Assembly (NCBI GenBank): GCA_022605425.2
Contig: CM061247.1
Location: forward strand, 1,488,001-1,552,000
DNA: 64,000 bases
From: Hamiltosporidium tvaerminnensis FI-OER-3-3
Lineage: Eukaryota > Fungi > Microsporidia
Reading direction: 5' to 3'
Made by a program: the position numbers and the translations under genes. The notes beneath the pieces are model-generated. The model was not told the DNA's origin. It saw nothing but the letters and a program-made list of their open reading frames with translations, and did no database searches. Shown here piece after piece: positions 25,010 to 37,989 of this stretch (the stretch's first letter is position 1; the number at the start of each line of letters is the position of its first letter).

Positions 25010-26683
25010 CACGATTTAAATATCATTTAATATAATAATTCTGCTGTATTTAAATTCAGTATATTTAATAAATTATTGTTTTTTCATGATACTTTTCTAG
25101 GATCGAACCATTGCAAACACTTTAATATTTATAGTGGGTTATAAATATTTTTTTTTCACTTTATAAATTTTAAATTTTTAAGTTACAGTTGGTCAAATTT
25201 GATATATTTTATCTGAGCTTCCGTATTCGATATAGTCATTTAAATATAATTATACAATTGAATGAAAAATGTTGCCCAGCTCTTTAGTTTTTTTTTCGAA
25301 TTTAGGTCTATGAGATATGACTGTGTGTTTTTTTCGTTTTTAAATGACTTTATTTGTCTCTCAGGTGCCTTTTTCAACAATTATTACAGGATTTTAATTT
25401 CCTTCCGAAGTCAAAATAAATAATTTTGACTGTTTTTTTATGTGGCATGATCTGTGCATTTGATGTATTTTATCATATTTATGTTTCATACGTTATATTT
25501 TATGTTATTTGTATAATGAAAATACTGATTATACAAAGAAACTATATAAATAAATAATCTATGGATGCAATCCTTTCAAGAGGTAAGCTTCTTTTGATTT
25601 TTTATTTCATCCATTCGGTTCACGTGTTACGAAGAATTAATAAACGCCCTGCATGCAATCTCATTTATTTGCATTTCTGTAGTGAACATATCAGGGCTAA
25701 TATTTGGATTTTAGCAAAGTTTTTATTCTAGTGTTATTCTTAATTGCTAATAATCATTTGCAAAGAAACCAGCAAACAAAGCGAAAAAATGTTCGTGTAA
25801 AAATTTTTATTTTCAGTTAGTTATAAGTAGAAGGATATCGAATTTGATAAATGTGATACCTTCTATATTCATATACGAATATTTTTTAAATATGCCGCCA
25901 AATTTCTAACGAATTCAAATTTGCAAACACTATTAATGTCAATTTTCTTCATACAATACATCTTAGTTGTAAAAAAACGAAAAAAGCTAGTTTTGTAGTT
26001 GTTGGAATTATAAGCTCTAATCTGAATAGCTGGGCTCGTTTTTGGAGCGGTTAATTCTTTATTCGTTGTATAACCAATGTATAAAAGAAACAGAATACAC
26101 AATATTTCAAATCAAAGGTATTTCAGCACGGAAAACAACGTGGTAAATCTATAAATTCCTAAAGGTTTTTATAAACTTTAGTAGAAGAACGAGCATAAAA
26201 TATATAAGAACTTTAAATTTGTTTTCATATATATTTTTCTTGTACTTCAAAGCCTAATTATTTAATATTTTTAATTTATGACTGATTTATAAGTGACGGT
26301 ATTGGCTTTTAAATCCGGGATCCGAGGTTATTCTCTGCTATTAAAATATTATTCTTCAAGATAGAATATTTTTTTCGTTACGCTAAACTAACCATTAAAA
26401 AGAAAAATATTCAGAAACACCTTCAATCACGTGAAGAAGCTTTAATTCAAATAGATCGTGATCATCGGTAGTGAATAATCACGTACTTACAAATATTTTT
26501 TTATTTCGTACTTCGTATACAGTTGAATGTTTCGTATTTATTTGCAGGTAATATGACTTGTGTGGTATTTTACTGCATACAAAAATTATTCTTTGGATTT
26601 TCATATAAAATATAAAGTTATTTTTGTGGGCCCCCCTACTTTTGAAAGAAGAAAACAAACATAAAAATTTGAGGAATTCTTTA

Positions 26684-26860
26684 AATAAACCCTTTTATCA
26701 AAAAAAATGTTTACTTACACGGGTTAACATCCCTATATTTTAAAATATAGAGCCTGTATCTATAATAAACACTTTTATCAAAACAACTAATTACTTACAA
26801 GGATTAAAATCCCCTTATTTCAAAAATCGAGCCTCTCTCTATAAAAGATACCTTTAATTT
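26684..26860. repeat. Degenerate ~80-bp tandem repeat (about 2.2 units)
   Basis: The unit aataaac.cttttatcaaaa...ttacttaca.gg.ttaa.atccc...ttt.aaaa...gagcct.t.tctataa recurs with an 80-bp period. Confidence 0.55.
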
Positions 26861-27149
26861 GTATGCGGTGAGAGAGGTTACGATAACTTGCAACACATTA
26901 TTTTATAAGACACTGGGTTTACTAATATATTACACGGGCTAAAATTGTTTTTATATACTCTAATTAAGGCCTAAAATTTTGTGAAAAAGACTTTATTAAT
27001 CATAATAATAATTGAAGTAAAATTTCTGTAATATATTCTAAAGGGTGCGGCTTTTTGCCCTTAATTTTCTATTTCTTGATTCCCTCCGCCATTTTAAGAG
27101 CTTTAAATCTAATTATATGTTCTTTGAATTGTAGAAGCTCAACTAGCTA

Positions 27150-27950
27150 ACCCATATAACGAGCTCGAAAACCGAAAACTACATCCAAAGTTATATAATT
27201 TAAAAAAATGAGCTGGTTAGTATGAATGATTCTTCATGATGGTTTGTGAAGGAAAGTGTAAGACCACTTGATGAAGCAGTTTTCTGCTATATTCAGGATA
27301 GAAATGTATACTGTGGCAGAAGGTATGTGGCAACTTGCAACCAGTCTAAGAAAATAGTAAACCTCTTAGCAATGAGATGTGAAAAAATGCTTGATCATGG
27401 CTATAAAAGACGAAACAATAAAGTGTTACGATGTATACATTTGCTCTTGCCAAATAAATATAAGTTTATGTCCTAAAAACGAATTAAAAGCCATAAGTTC
27501 AAAAAATTCTTGATAACGAGTATGCAGAGATAAGATTGGGCACCGGGATAAAAAAATATAGAAGATTCGGTGCAATAGATCTGATATATTTATTTTCGGC
27601 AATTTTTGTAATACGATAAACCTCATTGAAGTGGAAATCACATCCTAAGACTCTCTTCATACAGTTGAACCAGAGAAGCGTAAGAAGTATTATCCATCAT
27701 AAAATGAGTTGGTCTTATTTATAAATGTAGTGTAGAGATAATTTTTTATGTGGTGACCTGGGACGGTATTGTGACAAAATAACATAAGATGTGTGTTAAA
27801 AGATTACAAACACCCATAAATATAGAGACATATATACAATCCATAGTACTCAAAAAGACTTTCGAAACAATTATTTTGATCGACAAAGCGGACTTAAGGC
27901 TGGGCCAAATGCCGAAGAGGGCTGGGAGAGGTATCATTAAGTGTTATTTT
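27150..27950 (+). mobile_element. 3' remnant of an R4/Dong-like RLE non-LTR retrotransposon
   Basis: VRPLDEAVFCYIQDRNV...CNQSKKIVNLLAMRCEKML...RRNNKVLRCIHL (decayed CCHC knuckle), followed by LIEVEIT and VVTWDGIVTK (RLE region). Same family as 42500-46450. Confidence 0.8.
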
Positions 27951-28439
27951 AGAAGCTGAAATGCATAAACAACCAACACCCTCTTTCAAGCAAGTAGACA
28001 ACGGGTAGACGATATTAAAACGGAAAATACAAGAAAATATTTTACCTCTTATTTTGGATTGCATAACCACATCAGAGTAACTGACAATAAATATAAACAA
28101 AGAGTAGGATTTAATTAAAGATAATGAAGGGGTTAGAATGGTTGAATAAATAGTTTAAAATAGAAAAAAATTGTTAAACCATAATTTAATAAATTAAATC
28201 TTGACATTGTAGATTGTTTATAATGTTTATATTTAAGTATAAAATGCATGAATTATATTTTCGAAATAAAATAATTTGCTATTCTTCAAAAATTCATTAT
28301 ATTTGTTCGATATTGAGAATAAATATAAATATTTACTCGCAAAGCTGTTTTTGTGCTATTTACCTTGCATCATACATACCATTCAAGAAAATAGTGGTTT
28401 ATTTTAAATTAATTTGTTGAAAATAGTTGTCTTTTATTT

Positions 28440-28680
28440 TTTTAGATTGTTACTTATATACTTATTTCATTCCCCCTTTACTGCTTGGTGTCGAAGATGA
28501 ACAACTGGAAATTTATCCATTTCATCTTTTATTCTGTTTAACTCGTGAAAGTAGGTGATTGGTCTATAGATCCAATGTTGTTTATATCTCACCAAAATAT
28601 CAACAATGATTTCACAAAAATTCACACAATAAATGCTAACCAGAAAGCTATTAATGTGGTTATCCTCTATCTCCCCCCCA
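28440..28680 (-). mobile_element. Family B short interspersed element, copy 2
   Basis: Minus strand reads gagatagaggataaccacattaatagctttctggttagc...cttcgacaccaagcagtaaagggggaatgaaataag. Confidence 0.75.
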
Positions 28681-29166
28681 ATAGACAATAATAGCAAATC
28701 AAATATTTGCAAAATGCTATAAATAATTTAAATATATTAAAAAAACATTTGATTCAGATTCTACAAACTCGATTGCCTATTTTCATAGCCATAAAGAAAA
28801 TAATTGCAAAATTTAATTTGATTAAAATAACTTGACCCGAAAGTAGCTTAACGGGATTATAAATGCGTCTAAAGAAACCGGTAAATTCGTTCTTTATTTT
28901 ACCCAAGCATATCATGATTTGAAATGCATAAACCGCCGAACAATAGTTACATGATATTGATGTGAAGTCACCTTTTGAAGCGTTTGAATATACCGTAAGA
29001 ATTTAATTATTTTGTCTTAACCAGAATGGTTTATATAAAACGAAAGAAAGGATCGATAGAGAATTAAATCGAACTATTAGCATAAATAAAGTGTAATAAA
29101 AAGTCTTTATTATTGCTAAATATTCTAATTAATTTAAAATAAAATTTACTTTATTTAATGTAAAAA

Positions 29167-29860
29167 GTGGAGGGAGGATAACCACATAAAAAACTTTCTG
29201 CTTGGCAATGAGTTGTGAAACTGGTGCGAGATCATTGTTTAGATTTTTGGTGGGAATACAACCACACTACATCTTCGGTTGTTCCATGGGAGTTGTTATG
29301 AAGAGGAGAGGTCTAAGAAATGGAGAAACTTTTTCTATAAATTTATTTGTAGTTTTTTATGTAACCAGATTGCAGACCGCAGCTGAACATGTAGGTAATT
29401 GCCATGTAAAAGCATGGAAACCTAGCCTTGCTCACTCGGGTTAGAAGACTTAGCGCCTGGGAGATATAAAAATAAAACCCATTAAAAGCCGGGAGAGCTG
29501 TAGGGTTATACCTGTTGGTTGACATTGCACTGTCTAGTGGACCCATGTATTCTCTGAAATATATCTTAGCTGAAGTTTATTGGGTTAGTGTGTGTGGGAA
29601 TGCTGCATGTCTTGGGGGCCCAGGGGGCTTCGGCCTTCGATCACACTCCTGCAACGGACATTAACGAACTCCGGCAACTGCCTCGCCTGTAATTAGGTTC
29701 TCACACCTGGTAAATGAGGCTTTGGAACATGGTATCGCGGGTTACTGTGGGTTTTGGGTGCGTTATTTATGTTAAACCTAGAACTGCGTTAATGTCATGA
29801 AAACAAATATAACACTTGCCACTATTGTAAAAAGATGTGATATTTTTAAATAAAGTTTAC
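29167..29860 (+). mobile_element. Family A non-autonomous retroelement, full-length adenine-deleted variant
   Basis: Near-identical to 40420-41157 over the first ~330 nt and last ~95 nt. Possible 7-bp TSD tgtaaaa (29159-29165 / 29861-29867). Confidence 0.85.
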
Positions 29861-30324
29861 TGTAAAATAAATACGAAAAAAAACCATTAAAACATTCCTT
29901 TACATTAAATATACTTTTCATTTATTTTATAAAAATTTCATTAAATTATGAATAAATTTGTCATTAAAACTCATATTTTAAAACAAAATAAAGACTGAAA
30001 TGCATATGATAGTATGAAACAAGCTATATTTAAAATTGAACATAATTAGATTATTTTAAGAAATAATTTATTTAGACAAAAAATGAATATACTACCATAT
30101 AACTTGAAAAATAAATTTTCAAGATGTTGTACCTAATATATTATAAATGAGTTTAACAGTGGAAATGATTTTTGTTCGAGTGTGTGGAATCAGATAGCTT
30201 CAAAAATCTTAAAAATAAATTTTTCATAGAAAATAAATTTATAAATGAAACTTAATTGTGTAAAAATTTAACGTTTTGGAGCTAAGAATCAGAGATTTGA
30301 ATCAAATTTTGAATTTTAAAATAT

Positions 30325-31923
30325 TTAAACATATTTTTCGTTAGGTTCTGTATTTGTAGATTTAAAAAATTTCAATAAAGTTTTATTAATTTTTCTTTTT
30401 TCGGTTTGTTGTTTATCAAGACAAATATTTACGTGACTTTCAAATATAAAATTCGATTCGTTAAAGAATCCCAAATTGCATATCGGACATAATCTTTCAG
30501 AACAGATTACCATATCATTTGTATATTTTTGTATTAAATTAAAATTCTTTTCTTTAATAAGAGAAGATACTTTTATACCTATGAGTCTAATTGTATTTAC
30601 ATTACATATCGATTCATACAATTTTTGTTTAATACTTTTGTCACTAAAATGGTTTGTCAAAAGATCTATCACGGTATCAAAAATATCCTCTATTGTTTTT
30701 ATTGGGACTTTACATTGTCTTTGAATTGTAAATGAATTAAAATCACTGAATTTGATTTTTACTGAAATAAGAAAACTGAAATAGTTATTTTTTTCCATCT
30801 TCTTTGATACATATTTAGAAATATTATAAATATTATTAATTATTTCTATGTAATCATTGGTTGCCTTGAAAGAATATTCCTTGTTTATACTTTTTTTTGA
30901 CAAGCTGGTGTATGAGACAGGACGTAGACCATCAAATATTGAAAGACCGTATGATAATCTAAACAATATATTAAATGTTTTCATTTTTAAAGATAAATAT
31001 AGAAGATGGATGTTTTCTTGTAATTCTTTGACTTTTTTCAAATTAAATGTTCGAACAAGTAATTCTTTGGTTCTTTTTCCTATCCCATTGAGTTCATCGA
31101 CATCTAAATCATTTAAATACGTTTGAAAATTATTTTTTAAACAAAATTGACCATTTGGTTTGTTTACTTTACTAGAAAGCTTGGCTAGTCCTCTACAAAC
31201 AGATATACCTGCACTTATTGTTAACCCGGTCGTATCAAATATACAATTTCTGATTTCTTCAACAATTTTACAAATATTTTCAAATGTAAATAAGACACAA
31301 CTATTTTCGAATTCTATCTTTTTTTTCAAATCAGTTTTTTTAGATAAAATATTATACGCGGTATTCAAGCTATCTTTATCAAATGAAAGACATGCCTCAT
31401 CAATTCCATACATTTCTAAATTCTTATCATATTTACTTAAAATACCCATAATAATTTCAGAATAATAATTATATTTTTCCATATTTGGTTTTATTATTAA
31501 AAGAGTAGGACATAGATTTTTAGCAATATATCCAGGCATACCGGCCTTTACTTTATATTCTCTTGCTTTATAATTACACGCACATATCATGGCGTTCCCT
31601 CCCACTGCCAGAGGAACATTATGTAAAGATTTATTTTTTAGCATTTCCACACTTGCGTAAAATGAATCCAAATCAACATATACAAATATAAATTTGGGAT
31701 TTTCTCCAAATAAAACAGGCCATTCTATTCGTAATTTCTCTTCAAATTTTTCTACAACTTGCTTTGCTCCTTCTACTTCTACACTAGAAATCTTTTCTAA
31801 TTTTGTTTTTATATTTAACGCCTTTTTACGCACATTTATTATTTTATTTTCTTCTTTTTCGTCAAAATAATCCAATTTATCTTTATTGTGTTCGTTTTGA
31901 GAAGTTTTTAATTTTTCTTTCAT
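30325..31923 (-). CDS. POLK: DNA polymerase kappa (Y-family, DinB-like)
   Basis: Motifs VYVDLDSFYASVE, CNYKAREYKVKAGMP, YGIDEACL and AKLSSKVNKPNGQ, plus a C-terminal UBZ (CPIC...HVNICLD). The ATG at 31923 is preceded by ttttcccttg. Confidence 0.95.
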   Translation of the reverse strand: MKEKLKTSQNEHNKDKLDYFDEKEENKIINVRKKALNIKTKLEKISSVEVEGAKQVVEKFEEKLRIEWPVLFGENPKFIFVYVDLDSFYASVEMLKNKSLHNVPLAVGGNAMICACNYKAREYKVKAGMPGYIAKNLCPTLLIIKPNMEKYNYYSEIIMGILSKYDKNLEMYGIDEACLSFDKDSLNTAYNILSKKTDLKKKIEFENSCVLFTFENICKIVEEIRNCIFDTTGLTISAGISVCRGLAKLSSKVNKPNGQFCLKNNFQTYLNDLDVDELNGIGKRTKELLVRTFNLKKVKELQENIHLLYLSLKMKTFNILFRLSYGLSIFDGLRPVSYTSLSKKSINKEYSFKATNDYIEIINNIYNISKYVSKKMEKNNYFSFLISVKIKFSDFNSFTIQRQCKVPIKTIEDIFDTVIDLLTNHFSDKSIKQKLYESICNVNTIRLIGIKVSSLIKEKNFNLIQKYTNDMVICSERLCPICNLGFFNESNFIFESHVNICLDKQQTEKRKINKTLLKFFKSTNTEPNEKYV

Positions 31924-33463
31924 CACAACAAGGGAAAATATTTGTTATCTTCTTAATAATTTTTTATGTTTTAATATTTGATCGGAGAAATTTTCAAAAA
32001 AAATAAGTAATAAACGTATAAATTAAGAAATTAGAGGATTTGTATAAAATGCCTATTGTAAAATTACATATCAACTTACTATATGGTTTGAATAATTACT
32101 TCAAATTGATTGTTGTAAAATTTAAAAGAATTTTTCTCTGTCTCGAGCAATAAAATAAATATACTTAGATCTATAGATCTAAATAAATTTATTAGATTCG
32201 TTTATTTATCTTTATTTACTTTATTTCATAAGACGAATAAAAGTAAAGTGTCTGTTCATATTTAGGCAAAATATTACACTCAATATATATTTACTTGGGT
32301 TCTAAAGTATTCAAACGAGGCACCTACTCATTTTTCACCAAAAAAATAAATCGAAATTTTTTTATTCAATTATATCTAAGATATATAGCTCCATTCAGAT
32401 AAACATATATTTTATCTAATATATTATAATAATATATTACCAGTATTGTTTTGCGCAATTAATATTTGTTTCTTATAACTATCTATCTTTCACTTATATA
32501 GATTTTAAATAATTTTCATTAGAAATTTACTGATTTAGGCAGATTATGATATTAAAAAAACATAATAAAGTCAAATTAGCTATCTATAATACATGGTTTA
32601 GTATTTAATGTTTATATTTGCCAATATTATAATTCAAATTTTTATTTTTAAACCAAATTTAAACCATTTATTTTTAGCAATCTACTTCGTATATGAAAAT
32701 TTAATTGTAAAATTTTAAATTAAGCCAGATTCAATATTACATTTATATAAAAGCTTATAAATATTAAAGATTTTCATGATAGAATAGAGTCTACATGCGT
32801 ATTTCAATCTTAATATTCGAATAATATAAATCGATAATCCTAAATCTTTTATATCTTTTTTCGTAAATATAAGTACTCTCTAGATGGAATATTATTTGTA
32901 GGTTTTTTTAACTTTATAATGTAATTTAAAACAATTATGATCAAAGTGCATCTATTCTAGTCATATTTAGCCACTTTTTTTTAGCTTCAATTCATAGATT
33001 ATTAAGGATTTGGTTTACATTTAAAGTATTTCAAATCAAAGTTGTTTATTTTAAAGGATTTTTTCACTAACTTGAAATAACAGGAATATAATCATTTGGG
33101 ATTTAAAATATGTTTTTGTAGTCAGAATTTAAATTTTTTTATGAATTATATTTAAAATTTAAATATTTTAACTTCTTTAAAAGATTTTGGTTTAAGATTG
33201 ACCCAAAGTTTATTCAATTTAACTAAAATTTCTTTAAATTCATATGAATGCTCAATGGATAAAAATATGATGAATTGTAAGAAATTATATTAATCGGCTA
33301 CACAGTTCTTTAAATCTGGTAAAATATATTATAAAATGAGTGTATTGGATTTTAGTATTATTCTAATAATAAATGAAAAGATTGATGAGTCAAAACACAC
33401 GAATAGCTATTATAATGAAATATACCAGTTAATACTAAAGAAATATATAGATATGAATGTTTA

Positions 33464-33513
33464 AATGTATTTAATCAATGTATTTAATCAATGTATTTAA
33501 TCAATGTATTTAA
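33464..33513. repeat. 13-bp tandem repeat (aatgtatttaatc), about 3.8 units
   Basis: Directly visible perfect units. Confidence 0.9.
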
Positions 33514-34041
33514 ATTGTTTCATAAGAAGAATTTTTTTTTATTCAAGGCGCAATTGAGGAATAATCGATATTTTATTTGTATATAAAATTGTTAAATGGC
33601 TTTAACAGATAATTTGAAAATATTTCAAATTTAATTTATTTATATGTCCTAAATATCAAAAAAGCAAAGCTTTATTTTAAATGTAAAACAACACTTGCGT
33701 TCCAAAAATATTGCTTTTACCTTTTTGGATTTTTTATGACTAAAAAAGGATAAAAAAAATATTAATTTATATTTTTTTATATTAAATTTAAAATTATTTT
33801 TGTAAAATGAAATTTTTAACGAATTTAAGCGGCATAATTCTAAAATTATTCACAATTCATAAAAAAAAAATATTTTTTTAAATCGCAGTCTAATTCTAAT
33901 TATTATGAGCAAATATAGATATCTAGAATAAAGCGAGAATGTAGATCTTATTCAAAACATTGGTCTATGTTATATCTAAAAAGAAAATTTAAAAATATTT
34001 TTTTTTGATTTTTAATTTTTTTGTTTTACCGTAAATAGAAA

Positions 34042-35400
34042 ATGAAATTTCGGAGAAAATTTTATTGTTTGGTTCTTTTGTATCTTGTTCAATTTGTATT
34101 TGATTCTAGTCCATTTAATGATCCACACATAAAATATCCTTACGGAGAAATATCTAAAAAAATCAAATTAATTTTTGAAAAGGTTCTACCAAAATACATT
34201 ACCGAATATACAAATAATGAATTGTATACAATAAATTTGTTTGGTTTAGATTTATCTTTGAATAGATTTTATATACCAGATTACATATCAAGTCAAATGT
34301 ACTCTGAAAGTCGGATATTTTTTACCGAATTCATTTGTTCAAAAGAAGGTGTTTTGATTGAAAACAGAAACAAATTGCTATTTGAAATACTTAAATCTTA
34401 TAGAAATGAACAGAAAAAAATAAATTTGAGAGCATATAATCAAATTAACGGACGAGATCTGGAATTCGAATTCATTTCTAAGACGAATACGTTTGAAATA
34501 GTCAATTCAAAATCTTCAATATCTGATTTACGAAATGAAATTTTAGAAAAACTCAAGAAGTACGAATCGCATGTGTCCGAACACATAAAAAATAAAATCT
34601 TTAAAATATATATTATAACACCGTTTCTTTTAAAATTAATTGATATAAAAGTACTGGAATATACAATTAAGGAATTTTTACAGGTACATGTTATAGAAAA
34701 AGATACAGTTATTTTGTTTTCTAGACAAATAAATGATGTTCAGATGTCTATAAATAAAAATATCTCCTACAATCACTTTTATCAACTTTTAAGAAAAGTT
34801 GACAGTTCGGGCAATTTTTCTGTGAATATTGAAAAAAGAATTTTGTTTAACAAAAATACTTGCGAAGTGTATCAGGACAATGTATCGGATAAAAATGATA
34901 TACAAAACGGTATAATTGATGATTTAAAATCAAAAAATATATCAACAATATCAAATTTAGATCTTAAGGATCCAATGTCATTAATTCAGCCTGTTTCAAA
35001 ACCAAATTCAGATGCGCAAATATTACCTTTTTTAGATCAAAGTCTTTCATTTCTAGATTTAAGTTCATCGGAAGAGAGAATAATCTACAGAGAATTTTCA
35101 TCTTTTCGGATAAATTATATATTTAGAATTTTTAATACAGAAATTTTTAGAATTAAGCTATATTTTCAAATTGAGCAAAACGGTCGTTTTCGATATTTTA
35201 CTTTAGATCCAATTTTTCCTAGGAATAAACAATTTAATCAAGTTTCGATGATTCAATATGAACCAGCGACACAAAAGTTGCAATTTAAATATGATGACGG
35301 GATAAACCACAGAAGAGATTCAATTGCAATCTTCTTCTATGCTTTAAATCATCGTTTCGAAGACGAGATCGAATCCTTGATTCGCCTATCTTATGAGTAA
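34042..35400 (+). CDS. Hypothetical secreted protein, 452 aa
   Basis: Long ORF with signal-peptide-like MKFRRKFYCLVLLYLVQFVFD. No recognised domain. Confidence 0.75.
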   Translation: MKFRRKFYCLVLLYLVQFVFDSSPFNDPHIKYPYGEISKKIKLIFEKVLPKYITEYTNNELYTINLFGLDLSLNRFYIPDYISSQMYSESRIFFTEFICSKEGVLIENRNKLLFEILKSYRNEQKKINLRAYNQINGRDLEFEFISKTNTFEIVNSKSSISDLRNEILEKLKKYESHVSEHIKNKIFKIYIITPFLLKLIDIKVLEYTIKEFLQVHVIEKDTVILFSRQINDVQMSINKNISYNHFYQLLRKVDSSGNFSVNIEKRILFNKNTCEVYQDNVSDKNDIQNGIIDDLKSKNISTISNLDLKDPMSLIQPVSKPNSDAQILPFLDQSLSFLDLSSSEERIIYREFSSFRINYIFRIFNTEIFRIKLYFQIEQNGRFRYFTLDPIFPRNKQFNQVSMIQYEPATQKLQFKYDDGINHRRDSIAIFFYALNHRFEDEIESLIRLSYE

Positions 35401-37989
35401 TAAACTAAATATAATTGTCCTAAAAATCTACATTTGTATTCTATATTTTATATTACAATCTGTGTTAAATAAAAAAATATTTTCAGGATCTTTTTAATTA
35501 AATAATTTTCAGAGTTTTATAGTAGTCAATTTTTTGAAACAAAATGATTGATATTTTAATTTTATCACAATATAAAGATTTTTCTTACCATTTTTTAAGA
35601 GAAAATACCCCAGCAAAACCAGAATGATCATTCATATGTATTTACTAAAACCGTGAATTGATTTTTGGAAATCAAATGGGAAATTAAAAAATCCATTAGC
35701 CAAAAGTTGAATAATTAAAGAAAAATTTATCCGAATCTTAATATGAATCGAATGGATATAATTAATTGCATAATGTTAGCTTAAAAACAATATTAAACTA
35801 GCATCAGAAATCAATAAGAATAAGAATGGTTGATAATTATTTAAATCGGTCTTGGTTTGGATTCAAAGATGCCATGAGAAGCTTCGGATAAAAATGTGTA
35901 AAGTCCGAGAAATGTACAAAAAAAATATTAAATACAACATTATTTTTCCAAAAAAAGATAAGTTTAGTAAATGTCATTCAATAACGTAAAAATTTTGGTA
36001 TTTAATTTTCATAATTCAATATGATATAGACGGCTTAAATGAAGATGTTGTGATTAAAATCTAATTTTATCGAGTAGCAAGAATAAATGCATTGTAAACC
36101 AAAAAAATCTGTATTAAGAAGTTTAGATTTACAAATAATTAATAAATAATGATTAATTTTTAGTAACCTACGACTTGTCTAAAACGACATAAAAATCCCA
36201 ATCCAATGAAACCTAACCAGCAAAGAAAATATGTTGAAATATCAGATGCTGAAAATTTTTTTATATAAACCCATGGTTTTTCTATAAAATGAAATAGTAC
36301 TTTTATCGTTTTCAAAATATGAATTATAGAATTAAATCGCCCGATCAACGAATATAAATTAAAAAAACCATGAAATATGATGGGAATATATCGTCAAATC
36401 TGGTGTATATAATCCAAATACAACATGATACATTTCTACTGTATCAAAAGATATTTTGAACGACGGTTTTTTGGTAGTATAAGAAAAAGGGGTGATCTGG
36501 AGATCATCTGTTACTTCGATTAAAGTTAAAATAGTTACTAATTTATATCTTTTGAATACAAATAGGCTTATTTAAAAGTTAAAGGAAAATTTAAAAGCCA
36601 AATAACACATAATGTTTTACATATAAAATTAAGCCTGTATATTTTTGATCGAAACATTTTCATTTCAATAACTTAGAATATATTTTTTTAGTATTAGAAA
36701 TATATAAAGGTGGTGATACATATAGGTAAATATTCTTAAACTAAACCCATCTCTACTTTATTTATGATATCAAATCTTTCTGTCGGTAGGTCTAAAGAGG
36801 CTTTAATCGCAAGTAAGATATAATCTTTCTTTTGTTAATAATACGTTAAGAAAAAAGAAGAAGAATTAACTGCCAATGGTAAATGATACAAAAGAATCGC
36901 CATTCTTTTGGAATGAGTTGGTTTTTTGTGCATTTAGGAATGAAATAAGATTGCAAAAGAAACCAGATATGTGGTTCTATTCTAGAAATATAAGAAAAAT
37001 GAACACTAAAGTTGCAAAACCTTGGTAACCAAATTAAACACAGGAAATATACTTTATGTAATATTTAAACAGGCAAAATTTTAATCAACTGTCTTATGAA
37101 ACTGATTTGGCTTAGGCCGCTTCGTTATTCATAGTTAATGATATAGTCTCATGAAGTTGAGAAATAACAAGCAATTAAGATATGAATTAAGACGGTGTTG
37201 TCTCATATGGATCTATTCGTAAAAGCACTGTTTTCAAATTTGATTTCAAAGCAAAAGTATGTTATTGCAGTTATTAGATTGTCTGGAAAAAAACAAAGAA
37301 ATATCTATCAATATTAACTAAAACCAAAAAAAACATATTCTGCACAAAAATAAGACTAAAGTTGAAGCAGATATAGGTTAAAAGGAGAAATCTAGAGAAT
37401 TTTTTAGGGAAATTCCAACTGACGAATTTTTAGCAAAAAAACAATAATTTACAATATATTTACTTAAAAACAATTAGTCAGTAAGTCTAGTGATTCTTAA
37501 AAGCAGTTAAATGAATGAAGAATTCGGTCGCATAAAGTGAAAATATTCTGTGATTTTCAGGCTTGAAAATGTTAAACTAATAAGCAAATCACAGAATTTT
37601 GAAATCTCTAAGATTAGTGAAGAATTTTACAACTGTGTATAAAAAATGCTCGTTTCTGATCATTCATAATCCATCGGAGATGGATTAAATTTTACTTTTG
37701 ATTTCCATTAGTATGTTTATGTCTTTAAAACGAAATTGGAATCACTCTATACAATAAAACCTCAAAAATGAAGTTTTCCGTCTAAGTTTTGGTGGCAGAT
37801 TTAAGGTTTAAATCAGTATAGTAAATGAAAAAATCTTTTATTTTAGACATGAAATTAAAGAAAAATTATACTTATTAACATCGGAATTATTTCACAGATT
37901 CGCTCGCTACGGTTCATTCAAAGAACCAAGCAATTAAAGTTTATCCGTCCACTAATTAGATTTTATCTATCGGTTTATTTGAATTATAG

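Noticed and set aside
29202-29444. Near-identical 77-80 aa ORFs at 29202 and 40467
   Set aside because: Non-ATG starts inside recent copies of family A; the identity reflects duplication, not evidence of coding.
30476-31465. Short antisense ORFs over POLK and similar shadows over other genes
   Set aside because: Opposite-strand shadows of real coding sequences; the short F/I/L/K-rich ORFs elsewhere are expected by chance in AT-rich DNA.
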